From Candidatus Geohabitans tengchongensis (GTDB lineage Bacteria > Sysuimicrobiota > Sysuimicrobiia > Sysuimicrobiales > Humicultoraceae), in NCBI GenBank assembly GCA_031459625.1, contig JAVKIH010000018.1:1-35227 (forward strand): DNA of 35,227 nucleotides, in the 5' to 3' direction. A program made the position numbers and the translations under genes. Below the pieces are notes generated by a model. That model was not told the origin of the DNA, did no database searches, and saw only the letters and a list, made by a program, of their open reading frames with translations. This document shows, one piece after another, positions 16,986 to 25,793 of the stretch (within the stretch, counting starts at the first letter, position 1; every line of letters starts with the position of its first letter).

Positions 16986-18263
16986 CTAGCCCAGGACGAG
17001 CCGGGGCAAGAAGAGCACCAGGTCCGGCCACACGGTGATGAGGAGGAGGACGATCACCAGTGGGATCAGGAACGGTGCCGTCGAGCGCACCACCGTCTCA
17101 AAGGGCAGCCCGGCCACCCGGGAGATCACGAACAGCACGATCCCCACGGGTGGAGTGAGCGTCCCGATCATGAGGTTCAGGACCATCACCACCCCGAAGT
17201 GCACGGGGTCGATCCCCAGCAGCTTCGCGGCCGGGAGGAGGACCGGAGTCAGGATGATGATGGCGGCAAGACCCTCCAGGAAGCATCCCACCACCAACAG
17301 AAGGAGGTTGACCGCCAGCAGGAAGACCAGGGGGCTCGGGGCCACGCTGACCAGCCACGCGGCCAGGTTCTGTGGGACCTGAGCCCGGGCGAGCACGAAG
17401 GCGAACAGCGAAGAGGTCATCACCAGGATCAGGATGACCCCGTTGGCCTCCACCGTGTCCAGAAACAGGCGCGGGAGGTCCCGCACCCGCAGCTCCCGGT
17501 GAATCACCAGGCCCAGGAGCAGGGCGTACGCGGCGGCCACCGCACCGGCCTCCGTGGGGGTGAAGACGCCGCTCAGCATGCCGCCGAGGAGGATGGCGGG
17601 GGTGGCGAGGGAGGGCAGCGCTGCCCACGTGCGGGCCGCCACGGTACGCACCGGCGGCAGAGGGTGCCGGGGGTAGCCGCGGCGCCGGCTGACCCACGCG
17701 AGCTGCAGCATGAGCGCCAGAGCCATCAGCAGCCCCGGCACCACGCCGCCCAGAAACAGCCGACCGATGGACGCGTCCGCGGTGACGGCGTACACCAGCA
17801 TGGGCACGCTGGGCGGGATGATGGGGCCGATGGTGGCGCTGGCTGCGGTGACGGCGGCTGCGAAGTCCCGCTCGTACCCTTCGTCCGTCATGGCCTTGAT
17901 CTCGATGGCGCCCAGCCCGACGGCGTCTGCCACCGCAGATCCGGACATCCCCGCGAAGATCACGCTGCCGACCACGTTCACGTGGGCGAGCCCGCCCCTC
18001 AGCCAGCCCACCAGGCACTCCGCAAACGTGTAGATCCGGTTGGTCACGCCGGAAGTGTTCATCAGCATGCCGGCCAGCATGAAGAAGGGGGCGGCGAGGA
18101 GGGTGAAGGAGTTGGCCGCGGCCGTGACCCGCTGCGGGACCGCCAGGAGGACATCCCCCTGCGCCCACAGGTAGAGCGCCGAGGACAGCCCCAGGGTGAC
18201 GAACAGCGGGAGGCCAAGCGCCAGCAGCAGGATCCAGAGAACGAAGAAGGCCCCCGCGCTCAC
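16986..18263 (-). CDS. dctM: TRAP transporter large permease
   Basis: FTLLAAPFFMLAG, FAGMSGSAVAD, IGPIIPPS, GVFTPTEA, GIDPVHFG, TLTPPVG. GTG start overlaps the dctQ stop. Confidence 0.93.
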   Translation of the reverse strand: MSAGAFFVLWILLLALGLPLFVTLGLSSALYLWAQGDVLLAVPQRVTAAANSFTLLAAPFFMLAGMLMNTSGVTNRIYTFAECLVGWLRGGLAHVNVVGSVIFAGMSGSAVADAVGLGAIEIKAMTDEGYERDFAAAVTAASATIGPIIPPSVPMLVYAVTADASIGRLFLGGVVPGLLMALALMLQLAWVSRRRGYPRHPLPPVRTVAARTWAALPSLATPAILLGGMLSGVFTPTEAGAVAAAYALLLGLVIHRELRVRDLPRLFLDTVEANGVILILVMTSSLFAFVLARAQVPQNLAAWLVSVAPSPLVFLLAVNLLLLVVGCFLEGLAAIIILTPVLLPAAKLLGIDPVHFGVVMVLNLMIGTLTPPVGIVLFVISRVAGLPFETVVRSTAPFLIPLVIVLLLITVWPDLVLFLPRLVLG

Positions 18264-18730
18264 CGCTCCCGGGCCTCCCGGAAGTGCTCCCACAACGCCT
18301 CCCATGTGTACAGCAACATCAGGGAGCCGGAGAGCACCGCGGCCGCGTAGATGACCGACCAGGGTAAGGGAAAGGTGATGGCCAGCGTGCTGCGGGACAG
18401 CCAGACCAGCTTGGCGCCCTGCACTGCCAGGACACCCAAGAAGCCAGCCGTGCCCAGCAGCCCCAGCCGGTGCACCCACAGGCGGACCGCGGGGGGCACC
18501 CGGTCGACCATGGCCCCGATCCGGACGTGGGTGCCGCGCCGGAAGGCCATGGCGGCACCCAGGTAGCAGGTCCAGATGTACAGGTAGCGGGCGGCCTCCT
18601 CGGTCCACACGAGCGGTCGGGCCAGGACGTAACGGAACGCCACCTGCGCCAGGATCACGAGGAAGATGGCGAACAGCAGGACAGCCCCCAGGGACGAAGC
18701 GGAGCGGTAAAGGAACTCTCCACCCGACAC
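18260..18730 (-). CDS. dctQ: TRAP transporter small permease
   Basis: QVAFRYVLARPLVWTEEAARYL...GAAMAFRRGTHVRI. Start approximate. Confidence 0.9.
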   Translation of the reverse strand: MSGGEFLYRSASSLGAVLLFAIFLVILAQVAFRYVLARPLVWTEEAARYLYIWTCYLGAAMAFRRGTHVRIGAMVDRVPPAVRLWVHRLGLLGTAGFLGVLAVQGAKLVWLSRSTLAITFPLPWSVIYAAAVLSGSLMLLYTWEALWEHFREARER

Positions 18731-18783
18731 GGAACGGCTCCGGCGGGAAGGCGTCCATCCGGCGGCCCCGGGCCGCGTCGGCT

Positions 18784-19770
18784 TCAGCGGGTGTTCACGA
18801 TCCGCTGGAACAGCCCCGGACCCCACTGCGCCTCGAACTGCTTCGGCAGGCTCTCCAGGACCGGCCTCCGGAAGGACTCCACGTCCGGCTGGATGACCTC
18901 CATGCCAAGCTGGCGGAACTTGTCCAGCAGCGTGCGCTCCCGATTCAGGATCTCCTGGTTGTGCCACGCCACAGCCTCCTCGATCGCCTCCACCAGGGCA
19001 CGCTGGAACGGCCGGCCCAAGGCCCGCCACGTGCGCTCGTTGATGAGGATCAGTCGGGGCGTGAGGATGTGGCCGGTGAGGACCAGGTACTTCTGGACTT
19101 CGTACAGTTTCGCTGCGTCGATGGTCGGCAGAGGGTTCTCCTGACCCTCCACCACATTCTGGCGCAACGCCAGGTACAGCTCCCCGAAGGGGATCGGAGT
19201 GGGCTTGGCACCCCACGCGCGGACCATGGCCACGAACACCTCGTTCTCCGGCACCCGCAACTTGAACTCACGGAGGTCCGCCACGGTGTGCACGGGCTTC
19301 CGTGTCGTGGTGAGGTGGCGGACACCATAGTACGTGGCCGCCAGGATGCGGACCCCGCGCTTCTCGATGAAAGCCCTCGAGAGCTCCTCCGCAATGGGGC
19401 TCTTCATGACCGCGCGGAGGTGCGCCTCGTCACGCCACGCGTAGGGCGCCTCGAGCGCGCCCAGAGGAGGGAAGAACTGACCGATGGCCGCCGCACCCTC
19501 CGTGGTGAGCTGCTGGGTCCCCACCATGACGTTCTCGATCTGGTCCCGAGTAGTGCCCAGCTGGCCCGCGGGGTAGGCCTGGATCTGGAGGTACCCCTGG
19601 GTCCGCTGGGACACGCTGCGCGCGATGCGTTCGACCATCTGAACCGAAGGGTGGTCCGGCGGGAGGACCTCCCCCCACCGCAACACCATGACCGCGCCCG
19701 CGGGCACGCTCCACGTGAGGGCCACGAGTGCCAGGGCAACCCCGAGTGCGCGCCAGACCATGATCCCCAC
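18784..19770 (-). CDS. dctP: TRAP transporter substrate-binding protein
   Basis: Signal peptide, YPAGQLG, GVRH, KLRVP, ELYLALRQNVVEGQENP, LYEVQKY. Confidence 0.93.
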   Translation of the reverse strand: MGIMVWRALGVALALVALTWSVPAGAVMVLRWGEVLPPDHPSVQMVERIARSVSQRTQGYLQIQAYPAGQLGTTRDQIENVMVGTQQLTTEGAAAIGQFFPPLGALEAPYAWRDEAHLRAVMKSPIAEELSRAFIEKRGVRILAATYYGVRHLTTTRKPVHTVADLREFKLRVPENEVFVAMVRAWGAKPTPIPFGELYLALRQNVVEGQENPLPTIDAAKLYEVQKYLVLTGHILTPRLILINERTWRALGRPFQRALVEAIEEAVAWHNQEILNRERTLLDKFRQLGMEVIQPDVESFRRPVLESLPKQFEAQWGPGLFQRIVNTR

Positions 19771-19786
19771 CCCCGGGGGTGCAAGA

Positions 19787-19829
19787 TGTGATAACGATTG
19801 CAGATTATCAGACGCGTCCCGGCTGTCAA
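19787..19829 (-). promoter_or_regulatory. Sigma70 promoter of dctPQM with overlapping LacI-type operator
   Basis: TTGACA (19829-19824), 16 nt, then TAATCT with TGn extension. Operator TGTGATAACGATTGCAGA at 19787-19804. Confidence 0.75.
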
Positions 19830-19973
19830 GGGGCGCATTGCCTCACAACGGATCCAGGTGAGGGCGGGGCCGTCGCCTCGTCGCACATCACTCCGGAGGG
19901 TGCGTGAGGCACCGGGCCCCAGAAACTCAGGTTTCCCTATGAGTCAACCCGCACACCGCATGGCCTCAACCGG

Positions 19974-20984
19974 TCAGCGCCGCTGCAGCACGGCGCCGCA
20001 GGACTCACGGATCACCAGGCGGGTCTTCAGCACGATCTCCTGTACGGGCCGCGCGGGGTTCTCCAGCCGCTGCATCAGCAACTGGGCTGCGCTGGTCCCC
20101 AGCGTGTAGGCCGGCTGGGCCACCGCCGTCAGGGTGGGTGTCAGGATCGGCGCCCAGTCCATGTCATCGAAGCCGATCACGGCCATCTCCTGGGGGACGC
20201 GCACCCCGGCCTCCTTCAGAGCCAGCATGGCGCCGATGGTCATCAGGTTGTTGGCCACGAAGAGGGCCGTAGGCGGACGGTTCATCTCCAGGAACTCCCG
20301 GGCCAGCCGGTAGCCGCTCTGCTGCTTGAAGTCGCCCTCCCGCACCAGGGCCGGATCGGCACGCAGGCCTGCCGCCTGCAGGGCCGCCAGGTAGCCGGCC
20401 AGCCGCTCCCGCCCGGTGAAGACACGGACCGGGCCGCTGATGATGCCGATGCGGCGGTGGCCCAGCGCGATCAGGTGGCTCACCGCGGTGCGGGCCCCCT
20501 CCATGCTGTCCACCAGGGCGGCGTCGGCCCGGATCCCCTCCAGGCGCCGGTCCACCAGCACCAGGGGAAGGCCGGTGCGCAACCAGCGGCGCAGGTGCGG
20601 GGTGACCTGGCCGCTTGACGCCAGGAGCAGCCCGTCCACCTGCTTCTCTCGCAGGATGCGCAGGTAGAGGTCCTCCTTCTCGGGGCTCTCGTCGCTGTTG
20701 CACAGGATCACCGCGTAGCCGTGGCGGCGGACGACGTCCTCCACGCCGCGGACCACCGCGGCGAAGAAGGGGTTGGCGTTGTCGGAGACGATCACCCCGA
20801 TGGCGTGGGTCCGCTTCTTCACCATCCCCCGGGCGAGGGCGTTGGGGGTGTAGTCCAGCTGCCGGGCCGCACGCAGGACCCGTTCCCGCGCCCGCTGGCT
20901 GGCGTAGCCGTACCCGCCCAGCACCCGGGCAGCCGTGGCCACGGACACCCCCGCTTTGCGCGCGACGTCCTTCAGGGTCGCCAT
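19974..20984 (-). CDS. LacI family transcriptional regulator
   Basis: MATLKDVARKAGVSVATAARVL, YTPNALARGM, NPFF, VIGFDD, LTAVAQP. Confidence 0.95.
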   Translation of the reverse strand: MATLKDVARKAGVSVATAARVLGGYGYASQRARERVLRAARQLDYTPNALARGMVKKRTHAIGVIVSDNANPFFAAVVRGVEDVVRRHGYAVILCNSDESPEKEDLYLRILREKQVDGLLLASSGQVTPHLRRWLRTGLPLVLVDRRLEGIRADAALVDSMEGARTAVSHLIALGHRRIGIISGPVRVFTGRERLAGYLAALQAAGLRADPALVREGDFKQQSGYRLAREFLEMNRPPTALFVANNLMTIGAMLALKEAGVRVPQEMAVIGFDDMDWAPILTPTLTAVAQPAYTLGTSAAQLLMQRLENPARPVQEIVLKTRLVIRESCGAVLQRR

Positions 20985-21138
20985 CGAGGCACCATCATAC
21001 TCCGGCTCGTTTGGCCCGTCTCCTGCCGCATCCTGCACCGGCAAGCAGGATCCCACGGCGAACTCCCCCTACTCCGGGACTGGCAACGGACGGCCTCCGG
21101 GCGGGAGGAGTCGGCGGTCCGGCGGCAGAATACCAGGA

Positions 21139-21156
21139 TCTGAAACCGTTATCACA
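21139..21156 (+). promoter_or_regulatory. Second LacI-type operator upstream of the isomerase operon
   Basis: TCTGAAACCGTTATCACA. Its reverse complement matches the first operator at 16/18. CAGAAT -10-like at 21126-21131. Confidence 0.75.
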
Positions 21157-21227
21157 ACCGGGCCGGCGCACGGGGACGGGGCAGGAGGAGGGACCGGCCG
21201 GTCAGGCGTAGGGGGCGAAGGTCAGCC

Positions 21228-22643
21228 ATGGGGTCTCCGAAGGTCGGCATCCTCACCTTCTCCGACGGCAGACCCCACGTCCACGAGGAGCTGCTTCCCC
21301 TCACCCGGCAGTTCCAGGACCGCCTGGCGGCGCGGCTGCGGGCCGCCGGCTGGGAGGTGGTCACCGGCCGGGAGATCGTCTGGACCACCGACCTGGCCCA
21401 GAGCGAAGGGAGGTACCTGGCGGCCCAGGGCGTCGAGGCTACCATCTTCAACTACGCCATCTGGGCCTGGCCGCACTACTCGGCTATCGCCGCCCAGTTC
21501 GTCCCCGGGCCGATCCTGCTCCTCTCCAACGTCAACCCCCGGTATCCCGGGCTGGTAGCCATGCTCGCAGCGGCGGGCAGCCTGGACCAGGTGGGGGTCT
21601 TCCACGGCCGCATCTCCGGCGACATCGACGACGACGCGGTGTTCCTGCGGGTGCAGCAGTTCCTCCGCCCGGCGGTAGCGCGGAACCGGCTGCGCGGCCA
21701 GGTCTATGGGGTGATCGGCGGGCGCTCCATGGGCATGTACACTGCCGTCCCCGCCCTGGACCAGTGGCGGCGGGACTTCGGCATCGACATCGAGCACATC
21801 GACCAGTTCGAGATCGTGCGCCGGGCGGAGCAGGTCCCCGATGCCCGCGCCGAGGCGGCCATCGCCTGGCTGCAACGCCACGGCGCCACCATCCACTACG
21901 ACGGCCAGAAGCTGACGCCGGAGCTGCTGCGGCGCCAGGTCAAGGCCTACCACGCCGTGCGCCAGCTCGTGACCGAGTGGCGGCTGGACTTCTGCGGCAT
22001 CAAGGGCCAGCCGGAGATGACCACCCACTTCGCCACCATGGATGTGGCCGAGGCCTTCCTCAACGACCCCTACGACTGGGAGGGGCCGCACGAGCCCATC
22101 GTCTGCGCCACCGAGGCGGACAGCGACGGTGCGCTGACCATGCAGATCTTCAAACACCTGGCCGGCACACCCGTGCTCTTCGCGGATGTACGGCACTACG
22201 ACGCCGCCGACGACGTCTGGGACCTGTGCAACTCCGGCCAGCACGCCACCTACTTCGCCGGCCGCTCCTTCGACCCGGCGGTGAACCTGAAGCGCGTCCA
22301 CCTCTACCCGGCCATCATCTACTTCCCCGCCGGCGGAGCGTCGGTGATGCACGTGGCCGCCCCGGGGCCGGTGACGCTGGCCCGGCTGGCCCGGCGCAAC
22401 GGCACGTACTGGATGGCCATCGTGCCGGGGGAGTTCGTCGAGTTCCCCCCGGAGGTGCAGGCGGAGAAGGTGGCGGCCACCACCCCGCAGTGGCCGCATG
22501 CGTTCGCCCGCTTCCGCGTTCCCGCCGAGCAGTTCCTGGCCGAGTACGACTCCAACCACATCCACGGGGTCTACGGCGACTGGGTGGCGGACCTGGTCTG
22601 GTTCTGCCGGATGAGCGGCATCGAGCCGCGCGTCTTCGCCTGA
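21228..22643 (+). CDS. L-fucose/L-arabinose isomerase family protein
   Basis: GGRSMGMYT, IKGQPEM, CATEADSDGALTMQI, DLCNSG, GPVTLARL, NHIHGVYGD. Confidence 0.85.
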   Translation: MGSPKVGILTFSDGRPHVHEELLPLTRQFQDRLAARLRAAGWEVVTGREIVWTTDLAQSEGRYLAAQGVEATIFNYAIWAWPHYSAIAAQFVPGPILLLSNVNPRYPGLVAMLAAAGSLDQVGVFHGRISGDIDDDAVFLRVQQFLRPAVARNRLRGQVYGVIGGRSMGMYTAVPALDQWRRDFGIDIEHIDQFEIVRRAEQVPDARAEAAIAWLQRHGATIHYDGQKLTPELLRRQVKAYHAVRQLVTEWRLDFCGIKGQPEMTTHFATMDVAEAFLNDPYDWEGPHEPIVCATEADSDGALTMQIFKHLAGTPVLFADVRHYDAADDVWDLCNSGQHATYFAGRSFDPAVNLKRVHLYPAIIYFPAGGASVMHVAAPGPVTLARLARRNGTYWMAIVPGEFVEFPPEVQAEKVAATTPQWPHAFARFRVPAEQFLAEYDSNHIHGVYGDWVADLVWFCRMSGIEPRVFA

Positions 22644-22652
22644 GGGACTCCC

Positions 22653-24308
22653 GTGGCGCGCTACAGCATCGGGATCGATTTCGGCACCGAGTCGGCGCGG
22701 GCGGTGCTGGTGGACGTCGGCAGCGGCGAGGAGGTGGCCACGGCGGTCCATCCCTACCGCCACAGCGTCATTGACCGCGCCCTGCCCGATGGCACCCCCC
22801 TCGGCCCCGACTGGGCGCTGCAGCACCCCGGGGACTGGCTGGAGGCGCTGGAAGTGCTGCTGCGGCAGATGGCCGCCGCCGGCGGCCACGCGGTGGCCGG
22901 CATCGGTGTGGACTTCACCTCGTGCACGCTGCTGCCGGTCCGGGCCGACGGCACGCCGCTGGCGCTGGAGGAGGCCTTCCGGGACCGGCCGCACGCCTGG
23001 CCCATGCTCTGGAAGCACCACGCCGCCCAACCCTACGCCGACAGGATCAACGCCTCCGGGTGGGAGGGGCTGCGCTGGTACGGGGGCCGGACATCGTCGG
23101 AGTGGCTGTGGGCGAAGGTCTGGCAGGTCCTGGAGGAGGCCCCGGAGGTCTTCGCTGCCGCCGACCGCTTCATCGAAGGGGGAGATTGGATCGTCTGGCA
23201 GCTGGTCGGCCGCGAGGTGCGCAGCGCCTGCCAAGCCGGCTACAAGGCGCACTGGCAGCCGGGCGACGGCTATCCGCCCGCGACCCTGCTGCAGCGGCTG
23301 CGCCCGGGGCTGCCGGCGGTGCTCGACCGCCTGGGCCCACCACACCCGCTGGGCACGCCAGCCGGCGGCCTCACGACGGGATGGGCCGCCCGCAGCGGCC
23401 TGCGGGCGGGTACGCCCGTCGCCGTGGCCATCATCGACGCGCACGCCGCCGTCCCCGCCGTCGGCGTCGCCGAGGCCGGGCGGCTGGTGGCCATCGTGGG
23501 GACGTCCACCTGCCACATGATCCTGGGCGAGCAGCGCCACCCGGTCCCCGGGATCTCGGGAGTGGTACAGGACGGCATCCTGCCGGGGTTCTACGGCTAC
23601 GAAGCGGGCCAGGTGTCGGTGGGCGACATGTTCGAGTGGTTTGTGCAGACGTACGGGGTCCCCCGCTACGGCGCCCCGGTCACGGCCTTTGCCCGTCTGG
23701 AGGGTGAGGCCGCAGCCCTGGCCCCGGGCGAGTCGGGGCTGCTGGCGTTGGACTGGTGGAACGGGTGCCGCACGCCCCTGGTCGATGCCGACCTCTCCGG
23801 CGCGCTGCTGGGCCTGACCCTGGCCACGCGGCCGGCCGAGATCTACCGCGCCCTGCTGGAGGCCACCGCCTTCGGTACCCGGCTGGTCCTCGACACCTTT
23901 GAGGAGGGCGGCGTCGCCATCACGGAAATCCACGCCTGCGGGGGGCCGGCCAGCAGGAGCCCGCTGCTGCTGCAGCTCTACGCCGATGTCACCGGCCGGC
24001 CGCTCTACGCCTATGACGTGCCCCACGCCTCGGCGCTGGGGGCAGCGGTCCACGGAGCGACGGCCGGAGGGGCCTATCCCGACCTGCTCGCGGCGACCCG
24101 AGCCATGGGAGCGCGTGCTGTGCAGCGGTACGAACCGCGTGACGGTCCGCGCCAGGTCTACGATGCCCTGTACGAGGTCTACCGGGAACTGCACGCAGCG
24201 CTCTCCCGGCCGGAGGGGGCCATCAAGCGGCTGCGCCGCCTGCGACGCACGGCCCCGCGCGAGCCGATCCCGACCGGAGCGCGACGCCCGACCACGGCAT
24301 TCTCTTGA
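22653..24308 (+). CDS. araB: Ribulokinase-like FGGY carbohydrate kinase
   Basis: IGIDFGTES, GVDFTSCT, LWKHHAA, IIDAHA, GTSTC, EAGQ, LDWWNGCRTP. True substrate unproven. Confidence 0.85.
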   Translation: MARYSIGIDFGTESARAVLVDVGSGEEVATAVHPYRHSVIDRALPDGTPLGPDWALQHPGDWLEALEVLLRQMAAAGGHAVAGIGVDFTSCTLLPVRADGTPLALEEAFRDRPHAWPMLWKHHAAQPYADRINASGWEGLRWYGGRTSSEWLWAKVWQVLEEAPEVFAAADRFIEGGDWIVWQLVGREVRSACQAGYKAHWQPGDGYPPATLLQRLRPGLPAVLDRLGPPHPLGTPAGGLTTGWAARSGLRAGTPVAVAIIDAHAAVPAVGVAEAGRLVAIVGTSTCHMILGEQRHPVPGISGVVQDGILPGFYGYEAGQVSVGDMFEWFVQTYGVPRYGAPVTAFARLEGEAAALAPGESGLLALDWWNGCRTPLVDADLSGALLGLTLATRPAEIYRALLEATAFGTRLVLDTFEEGGVAITEIHACGGPASRSPLLLQLYADVTGRPLYAYDVPHASALGAAVHGATAGGAYPDLLAATRAMGARAVQRYEPRDGPRQVYDALYEVYRELHAALSRPEGAIKRLRRLRRTAPREPIPTGARRPTTAFS

Positions 24309-24322
24309 TGGGAGGTGCGGGG

Positions 24323-25312
24323 ATGAGACAGTCTGCACTGTTCCGCGGAGCGCTTCTGCTGCTGGGAAGCGCTCTGGTGCTGCTCGCAGCCGCGCCGCTG
24401 AGCTCGGCGCCGCCGCCCTATCCGACCAAGGCGATCACCATCGTCGTGCCCTGGTCCCCCGGGGGTGGGACGGACCGCACGGCCCGGGCCATCGCCGCCG
24501 TGCTGGAGAAAGACCTCCGGGTGCCGGTGGGGGTGGTCAACCGCACGGGCGGTGGGGGCGTCATCGGCCACATGGCCACCGCCACCGCCGACCCCGACGG
24601 GTACACCCTGGGGATGATCACCATCGAGATCACCATGATGAGCTGGCTGGGGCTGACCCACCTGACCTATGCCGACTACAGGCCCATCGCCCTGTTCATC
24701 AACAACCGCGCGGGCATCACCGTGCGCGCCGACGCTCCCTGGAAGGACTACAGGGAGCTGATGGCCTACATCAAGGCCAACCCCGGCAAGCTCAAGGCCT
24801 CCGGCACCGCTGCCGGAGGGATCTGGGACCTGGCCCGGGTCGGCTGGCTCCTGGCCGCCGGCCTGACCGCAGACCACGTCAAGTGGGTCCCCAGCACTGG
24901 GGCGGCCGCCGCCCTGGCGGAGCTGGCCGCGGGTGGCGTGGACATCTGCACCTGCAGCCCGGCCGAGGCCCTGCCCCTGGTGGAGGCGGGCAAAGCGCGG
25001 GTGCTGGCGGTGATGGCGGACAAGCGGTGGGATCCCCTCCCCAAGGTACCCACGCTCAAGGAGATGGGCGTCGACTTCGACATCGGCGGCTGGGCCGGCA
25101 TGGCCGCTCCCGCCAGGACGCCGGACCACATCATCGCGTTCCTGGACGCCGCGGTGGGGAAGGCCGTCCGGTCCGCGGAGTTCACCAACTTCATCAAGAC
25201 CAGCGGATTCTGGTTCGACTACAGGAACGCGAAGGACTTCACCGGGTTCCTGATGCGGGAGCACCTGAAGAACGGCAACCTCCTGAAGGCGGGAGGGTTC
25301 GTCACCAAGTAG
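24323..25312 (+). CDS. tctC: Tripartite tricarboxylate transporter substrate-binding protein
   Basis: YPTKAITIVVPWSPGGGTD, VVNRTGGGG, DPDGYTL, VPTLKEMG. Confidence 0.92.
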   Translation: MRQSALFRGALLLLGSALVLLAAAPLSSAPPPYPTKAITIVVPWSPGGGTDRTARAIAAVLEKDLRVPVGVVNRTGGGGVIGHMATATADPDGYTLGMITIEITMMSWLGLTHLTYADYRPIALFINNRAGITVRADAPWKDYRELMAYIKANPGKLKASGTAAGGIWDLARVGWLLAAGLTADHVKWVPSTGAAAALAELAAGGVDICTCSPAEALPLVEAGKARVLAVMADKRWDPLPKVPTLKEMGVDFDIGGWAGMAAPARTPDHIIAFLDAAVGKAVRSAEFTNFIKTSGFWFDYRNAKDFTGFLMREHLKNGNLLKAGGFVTK

Positions 25313-25322
25313 GCGAGGGGCC

Positions 25323-25778
25323 ATGGGAGCCTGGGACGCCGTAGCAGGTGTGCTGCTGGCGCTCCTGGGCTCCTATGTGTTCCTCGCTGCGCGGACGTTT
25401 CCCCACCTGCCGGGAGGGTATCCCGGGCCGGGCCTGTTCCCCCAACTGCTGGGGGGCCTCCTGGCGCTCTCCGGAGCGGGACTGCTGGCTCACGGTGCGC
25501 TGACGGGCACGCTGCGGCGGCGGATACCGCTGTTGGGGGCTTCGCGGAAGGAGCAGGTTCGCGCGCTCCTGGTGGTCCTGGCGGTCATCCTGTACATCCT
25601 GCTGGTGGACCGCCTGGGCTTCGTCCTCCTCGCCTTCCTGATCCTGGCGGGATTGATGCTCGGACTGGGGGTCCCGGCCCGCTGGAGTGTCGGCCTGGGG
25701 GTCGCGCTGACGGTCCTCTTCTACCTCCTGTTCGGAAGACTCCTGCACGTGCCGCTGCCGGGCGGGCTGGTCCCCTGA
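25323..25778 (+). CDS. tctB: TTT small permease
   Basis: GPGLFP, LGF, FGRLLHVPLPGG. Confidence 0.88.
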   Translation: MGAWDAVAGVLLALLGSYVFLAARTFPHLPGGYPGPGLFPQLLGGLLALSGAGLLAHGALTGTLRRRIPLLGASRKEQVRALLVVLAVILYILLVDRLGFVLLAFLILAGLMLGLGVPARWSVGLGVALTVLFYLLFGRLLHVPLPGGLVP

Positions 25779-25793
25779 GGATGCCCTCCCCCG

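Noticed and set aside
16986..18758. Apparent 590-aa DctQM fusion
   Set aside because: dctQ is in a different frame with its own stop, overlapping the dctM GTG at 18263.
21222..24338. 1038-aa minus-strand ORF and other long shadow ORFs (e.g. 13995-16589, 6721-8646, 29503-31173)
   Set aside because: Antisense or off-frame shadows of well-supported genes in GC-rich DNA. They are R/G/P/A-rich with no motifs.
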